This document shows positions 39,225-48,118 of a DNA stretch of 64,000 nt, in pieces (position 1 is the first letter of the stretch; each line of letters starts with the position of its first letter). Origin of the DNA: a virus. The notes beneath the pieces are model-generated. The model saw only the letters and a list, made by a program, of their open reading frames with translations. It ran no database searches and had not been told where the DNA came from. Position numbers and translations under genes: made by a program. Location of the stretch: the IMG/VR virus record IMGVR_UViG_3300049719_000225, positions 1 to 64,000 of that record; one strand, given 5' to 3'.

Positions 39225-40349
39225 ATGACCGCATCCCCCCAAGGAGTCGAAGTCCTCCGCAACGCCACCCTGTTCAGCTTGACCCGCTCCTCGTGGAGCA
39301 ACTACCGCAAGGCCGACCGCAGCAAGGTCAGCATTCAGGGTTACTCCACCGATCTGGATGGTGCCACCACCTCCGTCAGTGACGCCGCCACCAAGCGGGT
39401 GAACGTCACCAAGAAGCTGGTCGAGTCCGAGCAGTTGGACAACGTCCGCAAGTACATGAACGAGGTGTACGACTGGTGCCTCAAGCACTGCATGCCGTCC
39501 ACGGCCATCCGCAAGGGCATCTACTTCGTGAAGAACAACCAGGTGCCCGTCTTCGAGGAGAAGCTGACGCACGCTCTCGATGAACTGCGCAGCACGATCC
39601 TGCCCTCCTTCCTTGAGCCCAACCCCAATGCGGTCCTTGAGGACGGCTCGCCCGATGTGGCCCGCCGGACTTTCTCTCCGTACGAGCTGGCCAAGGAAGC
39701 GGCCAAGAAGCCCACGGTCGAGGGTGGCCTGGGCGAACTGTACGACGAGGACGACTACCCCACCGTGGAAGAGCTTCGGAAGGCTTTCAACCTGCGTTGG
39801 TCGTGGCTCCAGTTGAGCGTGCCCGACGAGTTGCCCGAGGAGGTTCGGGTGCGTGAGGTCAGCAAGCTCAAGGCCAGCTTCCTTGAGGCTCAGGAGGAGA
39901 TCAAACTGGCTCTCCGTGCGGGCTTCAAGGACCTTGTTTCACACGCCATCGAGCGCCTGACCCCCGGTCCTGACGGGAAGCGTAAGGTGTTCTGCGAGAG
40001 CACCTTCACCAAGTTCAACGAGTTCTTCGAGACCTTCAACGCTCGTAACCTCATGGAGGACGCTGAGTTAGAGGCCGTCGTGGAACAGGCAAAGGAGATC
40101 ATGAAGGGCCTCCCGAGCGTGGATGACCTCCGCAGCGCCGAGAGCCGTCGCCTCGCCTCACTCATCAAGCAGAACGAGAAGAAGGGTAACATGGTCAAGG
40201 TGGCTGAGTTACAGAAGCAGCTTGTCGAGCAGGAGAAGGCCGACGCTCAGGTTCTTGAGTCCACGGTGGCCCAGTTCGCCAAGGTGGACGAAGTGCTCGC
40301 CCCGCTCGTTCTCACCCCCACCCGCCGCTTCAACTTCGAGGAGGAGTAA
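39225..40349 (+). CDS. DUF3150-like helical protein
   Basis: TKKLV, KGIYFV, YDEDDYPTVEELRKAF...W; ends RRFNFEEE. Confidence 0.6.
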   Translation: MTASPQGVEVLRNATLFSLTRSSWSNYRKADRSKVSIQGYSTDLDGATTSVSDAATKRVNVTKKLVESEQLDNVRKYMNEVYDWCLKHCMPSTAIRKGIYFVKNNQVPVFEEKLTHALDELRSTILPSFLEPNPNAVLEDGSPDVARRTFSPYELAKEAAKKPTVEGGLGELYDEDDYPTVEELRKAFNLRWSWLQLSVPDELPEEVRVREVSKLKASFLEAQEEIKLALRAGFKDLVSHAIERLTPGPDGKRKVFCESTFTKFNEFFETFNARNLMEDAELEAVVEQAKEIMKGLPSVDDLRSAESRRLASLIKQNEKKGNMVKVAELQKQLVEQEKADAQVLESTVAQFAKVDEVLAPLVLTPTRRFNFEEE

Positions 40350-40366
40350 AAAACAGCACTTTGTGC

Positions 40367-40394
40367 TCGACATTCACGCTCCAAAACACATAAT
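40367..40394 (+). promoter_or_regulatory. Sigma70-like promoter TCGACA-N16-CATAAT
   Basis: 8 nt upstream of the AAA ATG, in an AT-rich gap. Confidence 0.5.
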
Positions 40395-40402
40395 AGACTT
40401 CA

Positions 40403-42058
40403 ATGAAAGCCCCCACCGCAAAGAAACACCCGATCATCGCCGTCAGGCGCGCAGGCGTTCCGCTCATCGCATTCGAGACGAGCGATCCCGCTCAGACCAT
40501 CGTGCAGGTCAACAAGGCCCTCAATGGTAGCTCCTCCAACGTTCCGCTCCTGCGGTGGGACATCGTGAGGGGACTCGTTGGCCTGAACCCTCTCGGTCAG
40601 CAGCGTGTCCAGTCCATCCTCAGCAAGTGGCTCAAACAGGAGGGGGCCGGTGAATCCAAGGAGGAGCAGGCCGAGCGCCAGGCGGCCACCTGTGACCCGT
40701 CCTTCACGCTGAACCTCCTGCGCAAGGTGGCCGAGGACTTCACGCCCGCCAAGCCGAGCCTCATCGACAGCGGCCTCATCTTCTTCATGAACGCCCACCT
40801 GTTCTTCAAGTCTGAGGTGGTGCTGCAGGCCATGTGGAACCTCCGTGACGCCCTGAAGCCCACGGCTGCCACGCTGGTCGTCCTCTGCCCCGCCATGAAG
40901 CTGCCCGAGGAACTGACGCACGATGTCGTGGTCATCACTGAGCCGCTGCCGAACGCCGAGGAAGTCGGCGTCATCGTGGACAGCATCGCCAAGGACGCCA
41001 AGTGCGACATCGATCCCGCCGACAAGCCGAAGGTGATCGACACCGTTCTTGGCGTCAGCGCCTTCGCCGCCGAGCAGGCCCTTGCTATGAGCATCGGCCC
41101 TGTGGACGGCAAGGTGGTCCTAGACCGTGACGAACTGTGGGAGCGCAAGCGCAAGATGGTCGAGAACACCGAGGGCCTGACGATCCACCGTGGCAAGGAG
41201 TCCTTCAACGACGTGGGCGGGCTCTCCAACGTGAAGGCCTTCCTCACGAAAATCCTCCAGAGCGGCAACAACCCCGTCCGCTGCATCGGCTTCATCGATG
41301 AGATCGAGAAGATGTTCAGCGCTGCCTCCACGGGCGGCGACATGAGCGGCGTGTCGCAGGACCAGCTCAAGGTGCTTCTCACCGAGATGCAGGACAACGA
41401 CATCCCCGGCATCATCTTCGTTGGGCCTCCTGGCACGGGCAAGAGCGCCGTCGCCAAGGGCGCGGGTTCGCTCGCCGAGGCCGAGGTGATCAGCATCGAC
41501 ACGGGTGCCATGACGGGCAGCCTCGTTGGCCAGTCGCAGGCCAAGATCAGGAGCGCCTTCGCCACGTTCAAGGCGGTGTCGCAGGGCAAGGGCCTGTTCA
41601 TCGCCACCTGCAACAAAATCGCTGCCCTGCCGCCCGAACTGCGCAGGCGCTTCACGCTCGGCACGTTCTACATCGACCTGCCGAACGCCGAGGAGCGTGC
41701 CGCCATCTGGCCGCTCTGGCTCAAGAAGTACGCCGCCATGGAGGGCAGCAAGCTGACGCTCAAGAGCGAGCAGCCCGACGACGAGGGTTGGACGGGTGCC
41801 GAGATCAAGGCCTGCTGCGATGTCGCCTATCGGGCGAACATCTCCCTCAAGGAGGCTGCGTCCTACATCGTCCCCGTCAGCAAGTCGTCCGCTGACCAGA
41901 TCAAGGCCCTGCGCCAGATGGCCTCTGGAAAGTTCATCTCGGCCAGCAAGGCGGGCATCTACCAGTACGTTGAGAACGAGGCCGACGCTGCGGCTGCGGC
42001 CTCCCTTGACGGCACGAAGCGCCAGACCCGCAGGTTCGGCAGCGAGGAGAAGGCTTAA
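40403..42058 (+). CDS. Ycf46-like AAA+ ATPase with internally permuted ATPase domain
   Basis: FNDVGGL, FIDEIEK (41291) before GPPGTGKS (41423), FIATCN, LPPELRRRF, IDLPNAEER, GWTGAEI. Confidence 0.9.
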   Translation: MKAPTAKKHPIIAVRRAGVPLIAFETSDPAQTIVQVNKALNGSSSNVPLLRWDIVRGLVGLNPLGQQRVQSILSKWLKQEGAGESKEEQAERQAATCDPSFTLNLLRKVAEDFTPAKPSLIDSGLIFFMNAHLFFKSEVVLQAMWNLRDALKPTAATLVVLCPAMKLPEELTHDVVVITEPLPNAEEVGVIVDSIAKDAKCDIDPADKPKVIDTVLGVSAFAAEQALAMSIGPVDGKVVLDRDELWERKRKMVENTEGLTIHRGKESFNDVGGLSNVKAFLTKILQSGNNPVRCIGFIDEIEKMFSAASTGGDMSGVSQDQLKVLLTEMQDNDIPGIIFVGPPGTGKSAVAKGAGSLAEAEVISIDTGAMTGSLVGQSQAKIRSAFATFKAVSQGKGLFIATCNKIAALPPELRRRFTLGTFYIDLPNAEERAAIWPLWLKKYAAMEGSKLTLKSEQPDDEGWTGAEIKACCDVAYRANISLKEAASYIVPVSKSSADQIKALRQMASGKFISASKAGIYQYVENEADAAAAASLDGTKRQTRRFGSEEKA

Positions 42059-42059
42059 C

Positions 42060-42563
42060 ATGAGCCACGTCGAAACCTGCAAAGTGGCCTTCAAGGACCT
42101 TGCGGCGGTGAAAGCCGCCTGCAAGGCCCTGGGGGTCACCTTCGTGGAGGGCAAGACCCACTTCAACTGGTACGGCCAGCATGTCGGCGACTACCCGATC
42201 ACGAAGGAAATGTCTGACGCTGGCATCACGAAGGAAAACATCGGCCAGTGCGCCCACGTCATCCAAGTCCCAGGCACCACCTGGGAGGTTGGCCTGTGGC
42301 CCATGAAGAACCAGCCCGGCTCCTTCCTGCCCGTCTACGACTTCTACGGCGGGCAGGGCGCTGTGCTCCAGAAGGCCCTTTGCAAGGGTCCTGGCTGGCC
42401 CCAGACGCCGAAGAACTACAGCGGGTACAGCGTTGGGCTGGAGAAGCTGGCTGACCACTACTCCCTCGAAGTGCTCAAGGCCAAGGCCCGTGCGAAGGGC
42501 TACCAGTTCAAGGAAACGCAGGTTAATGGCAAGATAAAGCTGGTCGTTTCCCTCGGAAACTGA
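42060..42563 (+). CDS. DUF1257 (Ycf35-like) protein, copy 1
   Basis: MSHV...FKDLAAVKAACKALG, WEVGL, YSLEVLKAKARAKGY. Confidence 0.75.
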   Translation: MSHVETCKVAFKDLAAVKAACKALGVTFVEGKTHFNWYGQHVGDYPITKEMSDAGITKENIGQCAHVIQVPGTTWEVGLWPMKNQPGSFLPVYDFYGGQGAVLQKALCKGPGWPQTPKNYSGYSVGLEKLADHYSLEVLKAKARAKGYQFKETQVNGKIKLVVSLGN

Positions 42564-42582
42564 AAAAACCCTGTTTTTAGTG

Positions 42583-42610
42583 TTTACAAAGTGCCCCCAA
42601 CCCTTAGTAT
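42583..42610 (+). promoter_or_regulatory. Early promoter TTTACA-N16-TAGTAT, leaderless geometry
   Basis: ATG 6 nt downstream; same upstream context as 38163. Confidence 0.65.
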
Positions 42611-42616
42611 GAAATC

Positions 42617-43078
42617 ATGAGCCATATTGAAAAATGCTCGGTGGTCATCACCGACCTAAAAGCGCTGAAGGCGGCGTGCGAGACCCTCGGTCTCACACTG
42701 TCAGAGGGACAGAAAAAGTTCGTTGGCTACTACGGTGCCAAGAACCCATGCCAGCACGCCATCAAGGTGCCTGGCGTGTCGTGGGAGGTTGGCCTGCTCT
42801 CGGCTGACACGGAGGGCAACAAGGTGAAGGGCTGGACAACGGCCTTCGATCCGTTTGGCACGCAGGGCCAGACCATCGCCTCCAAGCTGTGCAAGAAGCA
42901 CGGCGAGCAGTACGGCCAGCCCGTGTACAAGCACAAGGACGGCACGCACCACTGCGAGACGCTGATGAACCAGTACTCGCTGGAGGTTCTGAAGGCGAAG
43001 GCCCGTGCGAAGGGCTACCAGTTCAAGCAGACCACCGTGGACGGCAAGATCAAGCTGCAGGTGACCCTCGGCAACTAA
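42617..43078 (+). CDS. DUF1257 protein, copy 2
   Basis: MSHI...ITDLKALKAACETLG, WEVGL, identical YSLEVLKAKARAKGYQFK. Confidence 0.75.
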   Translation: MSHIEKCSVVITDLKALKAACETLGLTLSEGQKKFVGYYGAKNPCQHAIKVPGVSWEVGLLSADTEGNKVKGWTTAFDPFGTQGQTIASKLCKKHGEQYGQPVYKHKDGTHHCETLMNQYSLEVLKAKARAKGYQFKQTTVDGKIKLQVTLGN

Positions 43079-43106
43079 CCCCCAACCTCTCAAATCCAAA
43101 AAACAC

Positions 43107-43319
43107 ATGACAACCTTCGGCACACCCAAAAAGACCATCACCTTCACCATCGAAGACGGGGAGGTCACCTCTGAGGCCCACGGCTTCACGGGCAAGGCCT
43201 GCGAGGCCGCGACCAAGTTCTTCACCGATGCTCTCGGCGGCAAGACCACCAAGAAGACGTTCAAGCCCGAGTACTACAAGACCGAGAAGTCCTTCGCTTC
43301 TCAGACGGCGGGGAACTGA
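43107..43319 (+). CDS. DUF2997 protein
   Basis: ITFTIEDGEVTSEAHGFTGKACEAAT...ALG...KPEYY. Confidence 0.8.
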   Translation: MTTFGTPKKTITFTIEDGEVTSEAHGFTGKACEAATKFFTDALGGKTTKKTFKPEYYKTEKSFASQTAGN

Positions 43320-43322
43320 ACC

Positions 43323-43589
43323 ATGAGCCGCATCGCCGTATTCTCCATCGAAGACGGGGAGGTCACCGCACTGGCTGGTGGCCCCCTGTCACTGGCCGAC
43401 ATGGGCCAACGCTCCACCGAGCGGGCTTCCCACCTTGAGTTCAATGCCGACCTTGGCGTTGGAGGCGAGTGGGAGGTCACCGACCACAAGACGGGAGTCC
43501 TCCTGTTCACCCACGCCGACTACGACGTGGCCCTGCAGTGGGAGGCCGACCACTACAACCAGTTGCTTCTGGAAGGAGGTGCGTCATGA
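43323..43589 (+). CDS. Small acidic protein of the AAA module
   Basis: FSIEDGEVT, ERASHLEF, ALQWE. Confidence 0.65.
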   Translation: MSRIAVFSIEDGEVTALAGGPLSLADMGQRSTERASHLEFNADLGVGGEWEVTDHKTGVLLFTHADYDVALQWEADHYNQLLLEGGAS

Positions 43590-43939
43590 GTCTCGCTGGC
43601 CACCTTTCCTCCGACGAACTGGTCATCAAGCCCGGCGGCGTCTATCAGGGCAAGACGATTGCCTGGACGTGGCCGTTCAATTCGCAGACCAACCCCGACA
43701 GGAGCTACAGGTGCCTCCTCTTCGAGGACGGTTCCCTGACGTGCAACTGCCCAGGCTGGGCCAAGCGGGTGGTGAACGGCGTGCGTGAGTGCAAGCACAC
43801 GCAGTTCGTCGCCTCGTCGCTTGAGATGGTCCAGAACGGAGGCGCATTCGTTGAGAGCATGGCCCCCGCTCAGAAGGCGATGTTTGTAACCGCCAAGGAC
43901 AACTGGAGCCGCAGCCGTCGCAGGTTCAACTTCGACTAG
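43586..43939 (+). CDS. SWIM zinc-finger protein
   Basis: LTCNCPGW...RECKHT; ends RRRFNFD. Confidence 0.75.
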   Translation: MSLAGHLSSDELVIKPGGVYQGKTIAWTWPFNSQTNPDRSYRCLLFEDGSLTCNCPGWAKRVVNGVRECKHTQFVASSLEMVQNGGAFVESMAPAQKAMFVTAKDNWSRSRRRFNFD

Positions 43940-44021
43940 ACTTTGGGATGGTATGGTGCGCAGGGAGATCCTGCGACAGGGGGTTTGGACCAGTGTTTTC
44001 CCCCACATGAAATCCCTCCCG

Positions 44022-44057
44022 AGCGCCCCGCCGATAATCGGCGGGGCGCTTTCTTTT
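44022..44057 (+). terminator. Rho-independent terminator closing the early operon
   Basis: AGCGCCCCGCCGA-TAA-TCGGCGGGGCGCT then TTCTTTT. Confidence 0.85.
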
Positions 44058-46668
44058 ACTGGATCGACACTGAGAGCACGTTCACCATCGTGCCTGCAGC
44101 GGCAGTGACGACTGGCAGTATCTGGCTCATCGTGCTGGACGTGGCAAACACCTGAGTCTGCGTCAACGTGTAGGTGACGACGCCTCCCGGCACTGTGGTG
44201 GTCATCAGGTTCACAGTCACCGTGTAGGTGTTGTTCGCGAGCAGGTTGTTCATCCACACCGTGAGCGTGATGAACTGAATGTTGTAGCCGCCTCCAGGCC
44301 CCGTGTTCAGGAGGTTGTACGACGTGAAGGCCCCTGCCTGTTGAGGCAGGTTCACTATCGATCCAGTGCCCACTGAGGATCCAGTGCTGGTAAGATTCGT
44401 GATGCTGACGCCGCCTGTCGCAGGGTTCGTGACCGTGAACGTGAAGTTCGGCGAGATGAGCGCTGCCCCTGTCTGTTGCGCAGCCGCACGGGTGACTGTT
44501 GGCCAGAAATCTGGACCAGCTACGAGACAGCCGAAGTCAATCATCCATGGCTGACACACCCGCAACGCCGGTGTCAGGAGCGGCGTGGCATAGGTGGCAA
44601 GGATCGTGCCCGTGCCATCCGAGGTAGGTACGAGACCCGCAGGCACGAGTGCAGGACGACCGAGGTCTCCCGGTCCTGCGGCTTGGAAGGCTTGGAACAG
44701 GCGCACCTCGGCCAACGAAATGGCGTTTAGCCAGCGTTGATTGGCGTTGCTGTCCCACACATAGCCGTAGGTTGGGTCTGGGGTGCGAATCTCTGAAACG
44801 GCATTGTTCACCTGCGACCAGGAGTTTTTAACCGAGTCGAGTGCCAGTGAGAGAAGGGACCGCTTGTGCCGCTCGTAAAGGTAGGCGTTTTGGATCGGCG
44901 TGGTGCCCTGGTAGGCGCGGATGTCGAAGCCATAGATGTAAAGGCAGATCCCCTGGGAGCCGAACCAGTTCAGCGTGAGGGCGGGCACGATCTGTTGCGC
45001 TGTGTTGTAGACATCGAGCCAGACGCAATCCATCCGCTCAGGAATGCCTGCAAACTGCGAGGTGAAACTGTTCACGGGTCCGAGGGCTGCCCCGATGCTG
45101 TAGTTCACCGGCGTGTTGACCGGCAACACCGTCGTCACTTGCAGCTCCTCAATGGTAAGTTGAGCCCCAGCGTTGCCGTACCACGTCACCGTCACCGTGC
45201 CCGGCTGGCCTGAGGTGGACAGCTGAACAGGGGGCGTCATCACCGCCGTTCCCGGCACCTGTCCGAACGACCATGCACCGGAGTACACCACGTTGGCGTT
45301 GTAGCTCACCTGAACCTGAAACGACGTGGTCGGGTTCACGAGGTCCGTGATGCTGAAGGATAGGAGAATGCCTCCAGAAGGGGCGGCGAATGACCAGCTG
45401 ATGCTGCCTGCGGCGGTGAGGGTGGCCGACGTGGGGAAGAGCACCGAGGGACAGGTGATGCCTGCTGTATTCTGATAGCCGAAGATGTTCAGAATGCGGC
45501 TCGGCTTGACGAGGAAGCCTATCCGTATCGGGCCGGGTGGGATCACACAGGGCACGGAAAACTGGAGCGTTCCGGGCGTGGTGATGAGCGCTGAATTGGG
45601 CTGCCACAGGCCACCAGCCGTGATGTTGTTTTCAGGGGCGATGGTGTTGTAGATGAGGTTGTCCCTCCAGTTGCGCACGACAAGACGCGCGCTTTTCTGG
45701 CGGTAAAACGCAGAGTCCGACGCACTCGGCACCTGATACTGGAGCTGCACGATTCCCCCATCCGGCGTCACGAATGTGGGCGTAACAGGCACACCTGTCG
45801 TTGACGGCCCCACCATCTCATCCTGCCAAGTGATGCTGCCCTGAGGCGGGTTGTAAATGATCTGTCCTGCAGTGCCCTGAAGCAGGGGCCACGACGCCCA
45901 AACCCGTTGCGACGGCGTGGAACTTACGAGTTGGTACACCTCAGGTTCCGATACGTTTGTATCCGGGCTCACAGTGAGCACAAGCAGACGACTGGCGAAA
46001 CTCCAGACTCGGTCGATGTTGTAGCGGATGTTTGCCACGTATGCCGCGAGCGTGTTATCCCTATCCGCTAGCGCCTGGTCCGGCGTCTTGAAGAGCGCCA
46101 CGTTCAGGGGATAGCCCTGACTCACGGTCTGAGTGGAGAAGTTACCCGCGGCGAGAGACCACGCCTCATTTATCGAGGTGGGAAGAAGGGGAGGAGGGGA
46201 AAGGATGCCTGTGGCAAACTGTTTCGTGGCCAGATAGAGCCAAGTGTAGATCAGGAGATCCCGAGCGTAGAGCATCTCATCTGCCGTGACGGCATCCGAT
46301 CCAGGGGAGCCCGCGGGAACGCTCTGGTTGTCCACATGCGTGACGTTTCCAGGGCTTGAGTAGGCTGCCCCAAGTAGGTCAACGGAGAGGTCCTGCAACG
46401 TTCCCACAGGATCACCTGCAACACGCGGATAGGGCACGGAGATGCCCCAGATGTCGCCGCAGGCACTGGCCACCTCTGCAATGGTCACTGCGAGGATCAG
46501 GTCTCGATAGGATAGGTTTCCATCTCTCTGAGCAAAGGGTAGAGTTGAGAAATCGGCAGCCGGATTGACGTACGGCAGCGTCGAGCCTGGTTGCTGCGCA
46601 TTGAACCACCAGAGGTAGTTGTACTTCGGCAATGGGAACGCGGAATACATCAGAGATGGATGAGCCAC
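44056..46668 (-). CDS. Large virion structural protein (baseplate-associated)
   Basis: 870 aa, T/S/G/V-rich beta domains, downstream of gp53-like gene. Confidence 0.65.
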   Translation of the reverse strand: MAHPSLMYSAFPLPKYNYLWWFNAQQPGSTLPYVNPAADFSTLPFAQRDGNLSYRDLILAVTIAEVASACGDIWGISVPYPRVAGDPVGTLQDLSVDLLGAAYSSPGNVTHVDNQSVPAGSPGSDAVTADEMLYARDLLIYTWLYLATKQFATGILSPPPLLPTSINEAWSLAAGNFSTQTVSQGYPLNVALFKTPDQALADRDNTLAAYVANIRYNIDRVWSFASRLLVLTVSPDTNVSEPEVYQLVSSTPSQRVWASWPLLQGTAGQIIYNPPQGSITWQDEMVGPSTTGVPVTPTFVTPDGGIVQLQYQVPSASDSAFYRQKSARLVVRNWRDNLIYNTIAPENNITAGGLWQPNSALITTPGTLQFSVPCVIPPGPIRIGFLVKPSRILNIFGYQNTAGITCPSVLFPTSATLTAAGSISWSFAAPSGGILLSFSITDLVNPTTSFQVQVSYNANVVYSGAWSFGQVPGTAVMTPPVQLSTSGQPGTVTVTWYGNAGAQLTIEELQVTTVLPVNTPVNYSIGAALGPVNSFTSQFAGIPERMDCVWLDVYNTAQQIVPALTLNWFGSQGICLYIYGFDIRAYQGTTPIQNAYLYERHKRSLLSLALDSVKNSWSQVNNAVSEIRTPDPTYGYVWDSNANQRWLNAISLAEVRLFQAFQAAGPGDLGRPALVPAGLVPTSDGTGTILATYATPLLTPALRVCQPWMIDFGCLVAGPDFWPTVTRAAAQQTGAALISPNFTFTVTNPATGGVSITNLTSTGSSVGTGSIVNLPQQAGAFTSYNLLNTGPGGGYNIQFITLTVWMNNLLANNTYTVTVNLMTTTVPGGVVTYTLTQTQVFATSSTMSQILPVVTAAAGTMVNVLSVSIQ

Positions 46669-47093
46669 GCTCCTGATACGCTCACGTAAACAGGAGGATT
46701 GTTCAGGTTGTTGACCACGAATACGCCGTAGGTGTCGGGCTGATCAAGGGGCCACACCTGGGCTGGAGGGAACACGCCCACCGTACCTGGGATGTCCACG
46801 CCCACGTACGCCAGTGGCTCTCCCGGAGGTCCAGCTAGGAGATCAGCTCTGCTTCCGTACAAGCCCGCATACACCGAGTTGTAGGTCGGGTTGTTTTTCA
46901 TGGGTGGGGCCGATAGCACCAACATGCGGATGAGGTGCACACTGAGCCAGGAGAGCGTGGCCCTCTGACCCTGTGCCAGCTGAAGCATGGTCACAGTCTG
47001 CTCAACACCTGGTTCGAGCATTGTCTCTGGCAGATTGAAGGGCACCCACAGGTATCGCCCGAGATCGTCCTCGGTTATGAATTGGGAAGACAT
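46650..47093 (-). CDS. Virion protein, paralogue of 47596..48114
   Basis: VPFNLPETMLEP...TLSWLSVHL...VYAGLY...VVNN. Confidence 0.6.
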   Translation of the reverse strand: MSSQFITEDDLGRYLWVPFNLPETMLEPGVEQTVTMLQLAQGQRATLSWLSVHLIRMLVLSAPPMKNNPTYNSVYAGLYGSRADLLAGPPGEPLAYVGVDIPGTVGVFPPAQVWPLDQPDTYGVFVVNNLNNPPVYVSVSGAWLIHL

Positions 47094-47599
47094 GGTTGTT
47101 TCTGTTGCAACATGCGCCGATACGTCCTGATGCTGTGACAGTTTGCACATACTAAGTCACATTTCGCTATCTCCTCTTCTATCCTTTTGATACTATGGCT
47201 TTTTGCACGACTTTCTGATAGCTCAAAACTCTTGTCCCTCTTATGGTCAAAGTGCATCACGTAAAACGGATAGCGGGTGTTACAGTCTGTACAGGGTTTG
47301 TCTTTCTGAGATCGTATGAAATCTCGCTTCTTTTCCTGACATCGTTTGACGGCTAGTCGTTTTACCTGCGGGTTTCTGGCAGTGCTAAGTCTTCCACGAA
47401 CCCGACCAAATTCCTTGCAGGCTTCACAGCGACACCGATGTCTAAGATATTCATTTTCAGTCCCATGCTTTGGAGGAGAACGCCTGACGCCTTTCTCAGG
47501 GCCACTCTTCAAAAAAGGCACGGATTCTCCAGCGATACGACGCCTGTAACGCTTCATCGTCTCTCTCTGTGCTACGTGCAGGGAATCAGAAAAGATCAT
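47075..47599 (-). CDS. HNH homing endonuclease
   Basis: HGTENEY..HRCRCEAC, PCTDC...MHFDH, KCDLVCANCHSIRT. Confidence 0.85.
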   Translation of the reverse strand: MIFSDSLHVAQRETMKRYRRRIAGESVPFLKSGPEKGVRRSPPKHGTENEYLRHRCRCEACKEFGRVRGRLSTARNPQVKRLAVKRCQEKKRDFIRSQKDKPCTDCNTRYPFYVMHFDHKRDKSFELSESRAKSHSIKRIEEEIAKCDLVCANCHSIRTYRRMLQQKQPCLPNS

Positions 47600-48114
47600 G
47601 CGGGACCCAGGCTCATCACGATCTGTCCAGTCACCGTAAGGCGCAGCGACCAGGTGGTGGTGTTGTTGCAGATCACGAAGCTGTACGGGCCAGCAGCCGA
47701 GTAGGTGGCTGGTGTCGTAGACCTGGCGGCGTAGAGTGGCGGCGTATTGGTCGTGGCTGAGCCGATGATGAGCGGATTTTCCTGAGCCGCCTGGGTATTT
47801 GGGGACACCAGTGCGTTGAAATTGTAGTAGAGACCCACGTAGGCCAGCCCATAACCTGGAGTGACGAGTGTGGCATCGCTTGTAGGGAATACGCACACGC
47901 CGTCCACAGGAGAAATGCTGGCTGTATCAGCTGTGGTAGAGTTGTCGAGAAAGCTCAGCAGGTTCATTTGGAGCCACGTAAGTGTGAACGACTGGGCTGA
48001 CGAAAGGACGGTGGAACTTACCACAAGCCACTGTTCTGGCTCTATTTCCGTGAGAGGCAGGCTTACGGGAAGTGGGATCAGGCTCTCGTATTGAGTGCTG
48101 GTGACGTAGCTCAT
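47596..48114 (-). CDS. Virion protein, paralogue of 46650..47093
   Basis: LPVSLPLTEIEP...TLTWLQMNL...AYVGLY...ICNN. Confidence 0.6.
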   Translation of the reverse strand: MSYVTSTQYESLIPLPVSLPLTEIEPEQWLVVSSTVLSSAQSFTLTWLQMNLLSFLDNSTTADTASISPVDGVCVFPTSDATLVTPGYGLAYVGLYYNFNALVSPNTQAAQENPLIIGSATTNTPPLYAARSTTPATYSAAGPYSFVICNNTTTWSLRLTVTGQIVMSLGPA

Positions 48115-48118
48115 GAAA

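Noticed and set aside
40597-42166. Long antisense ORFs (355 and 348 aa) opposite the AAA gene, and similar ones opposite PolA, capsid and sheath
   Set aside because: Shadow ORFs expected from strong third-position GC bias; no motifs
43945-44020. tRNA gene
   Set aside because: No T-loop (GTTC.A), no four-arm cloverleaf; kept only as a possible structured RNA. No tRNA recognised elsewhere by eye
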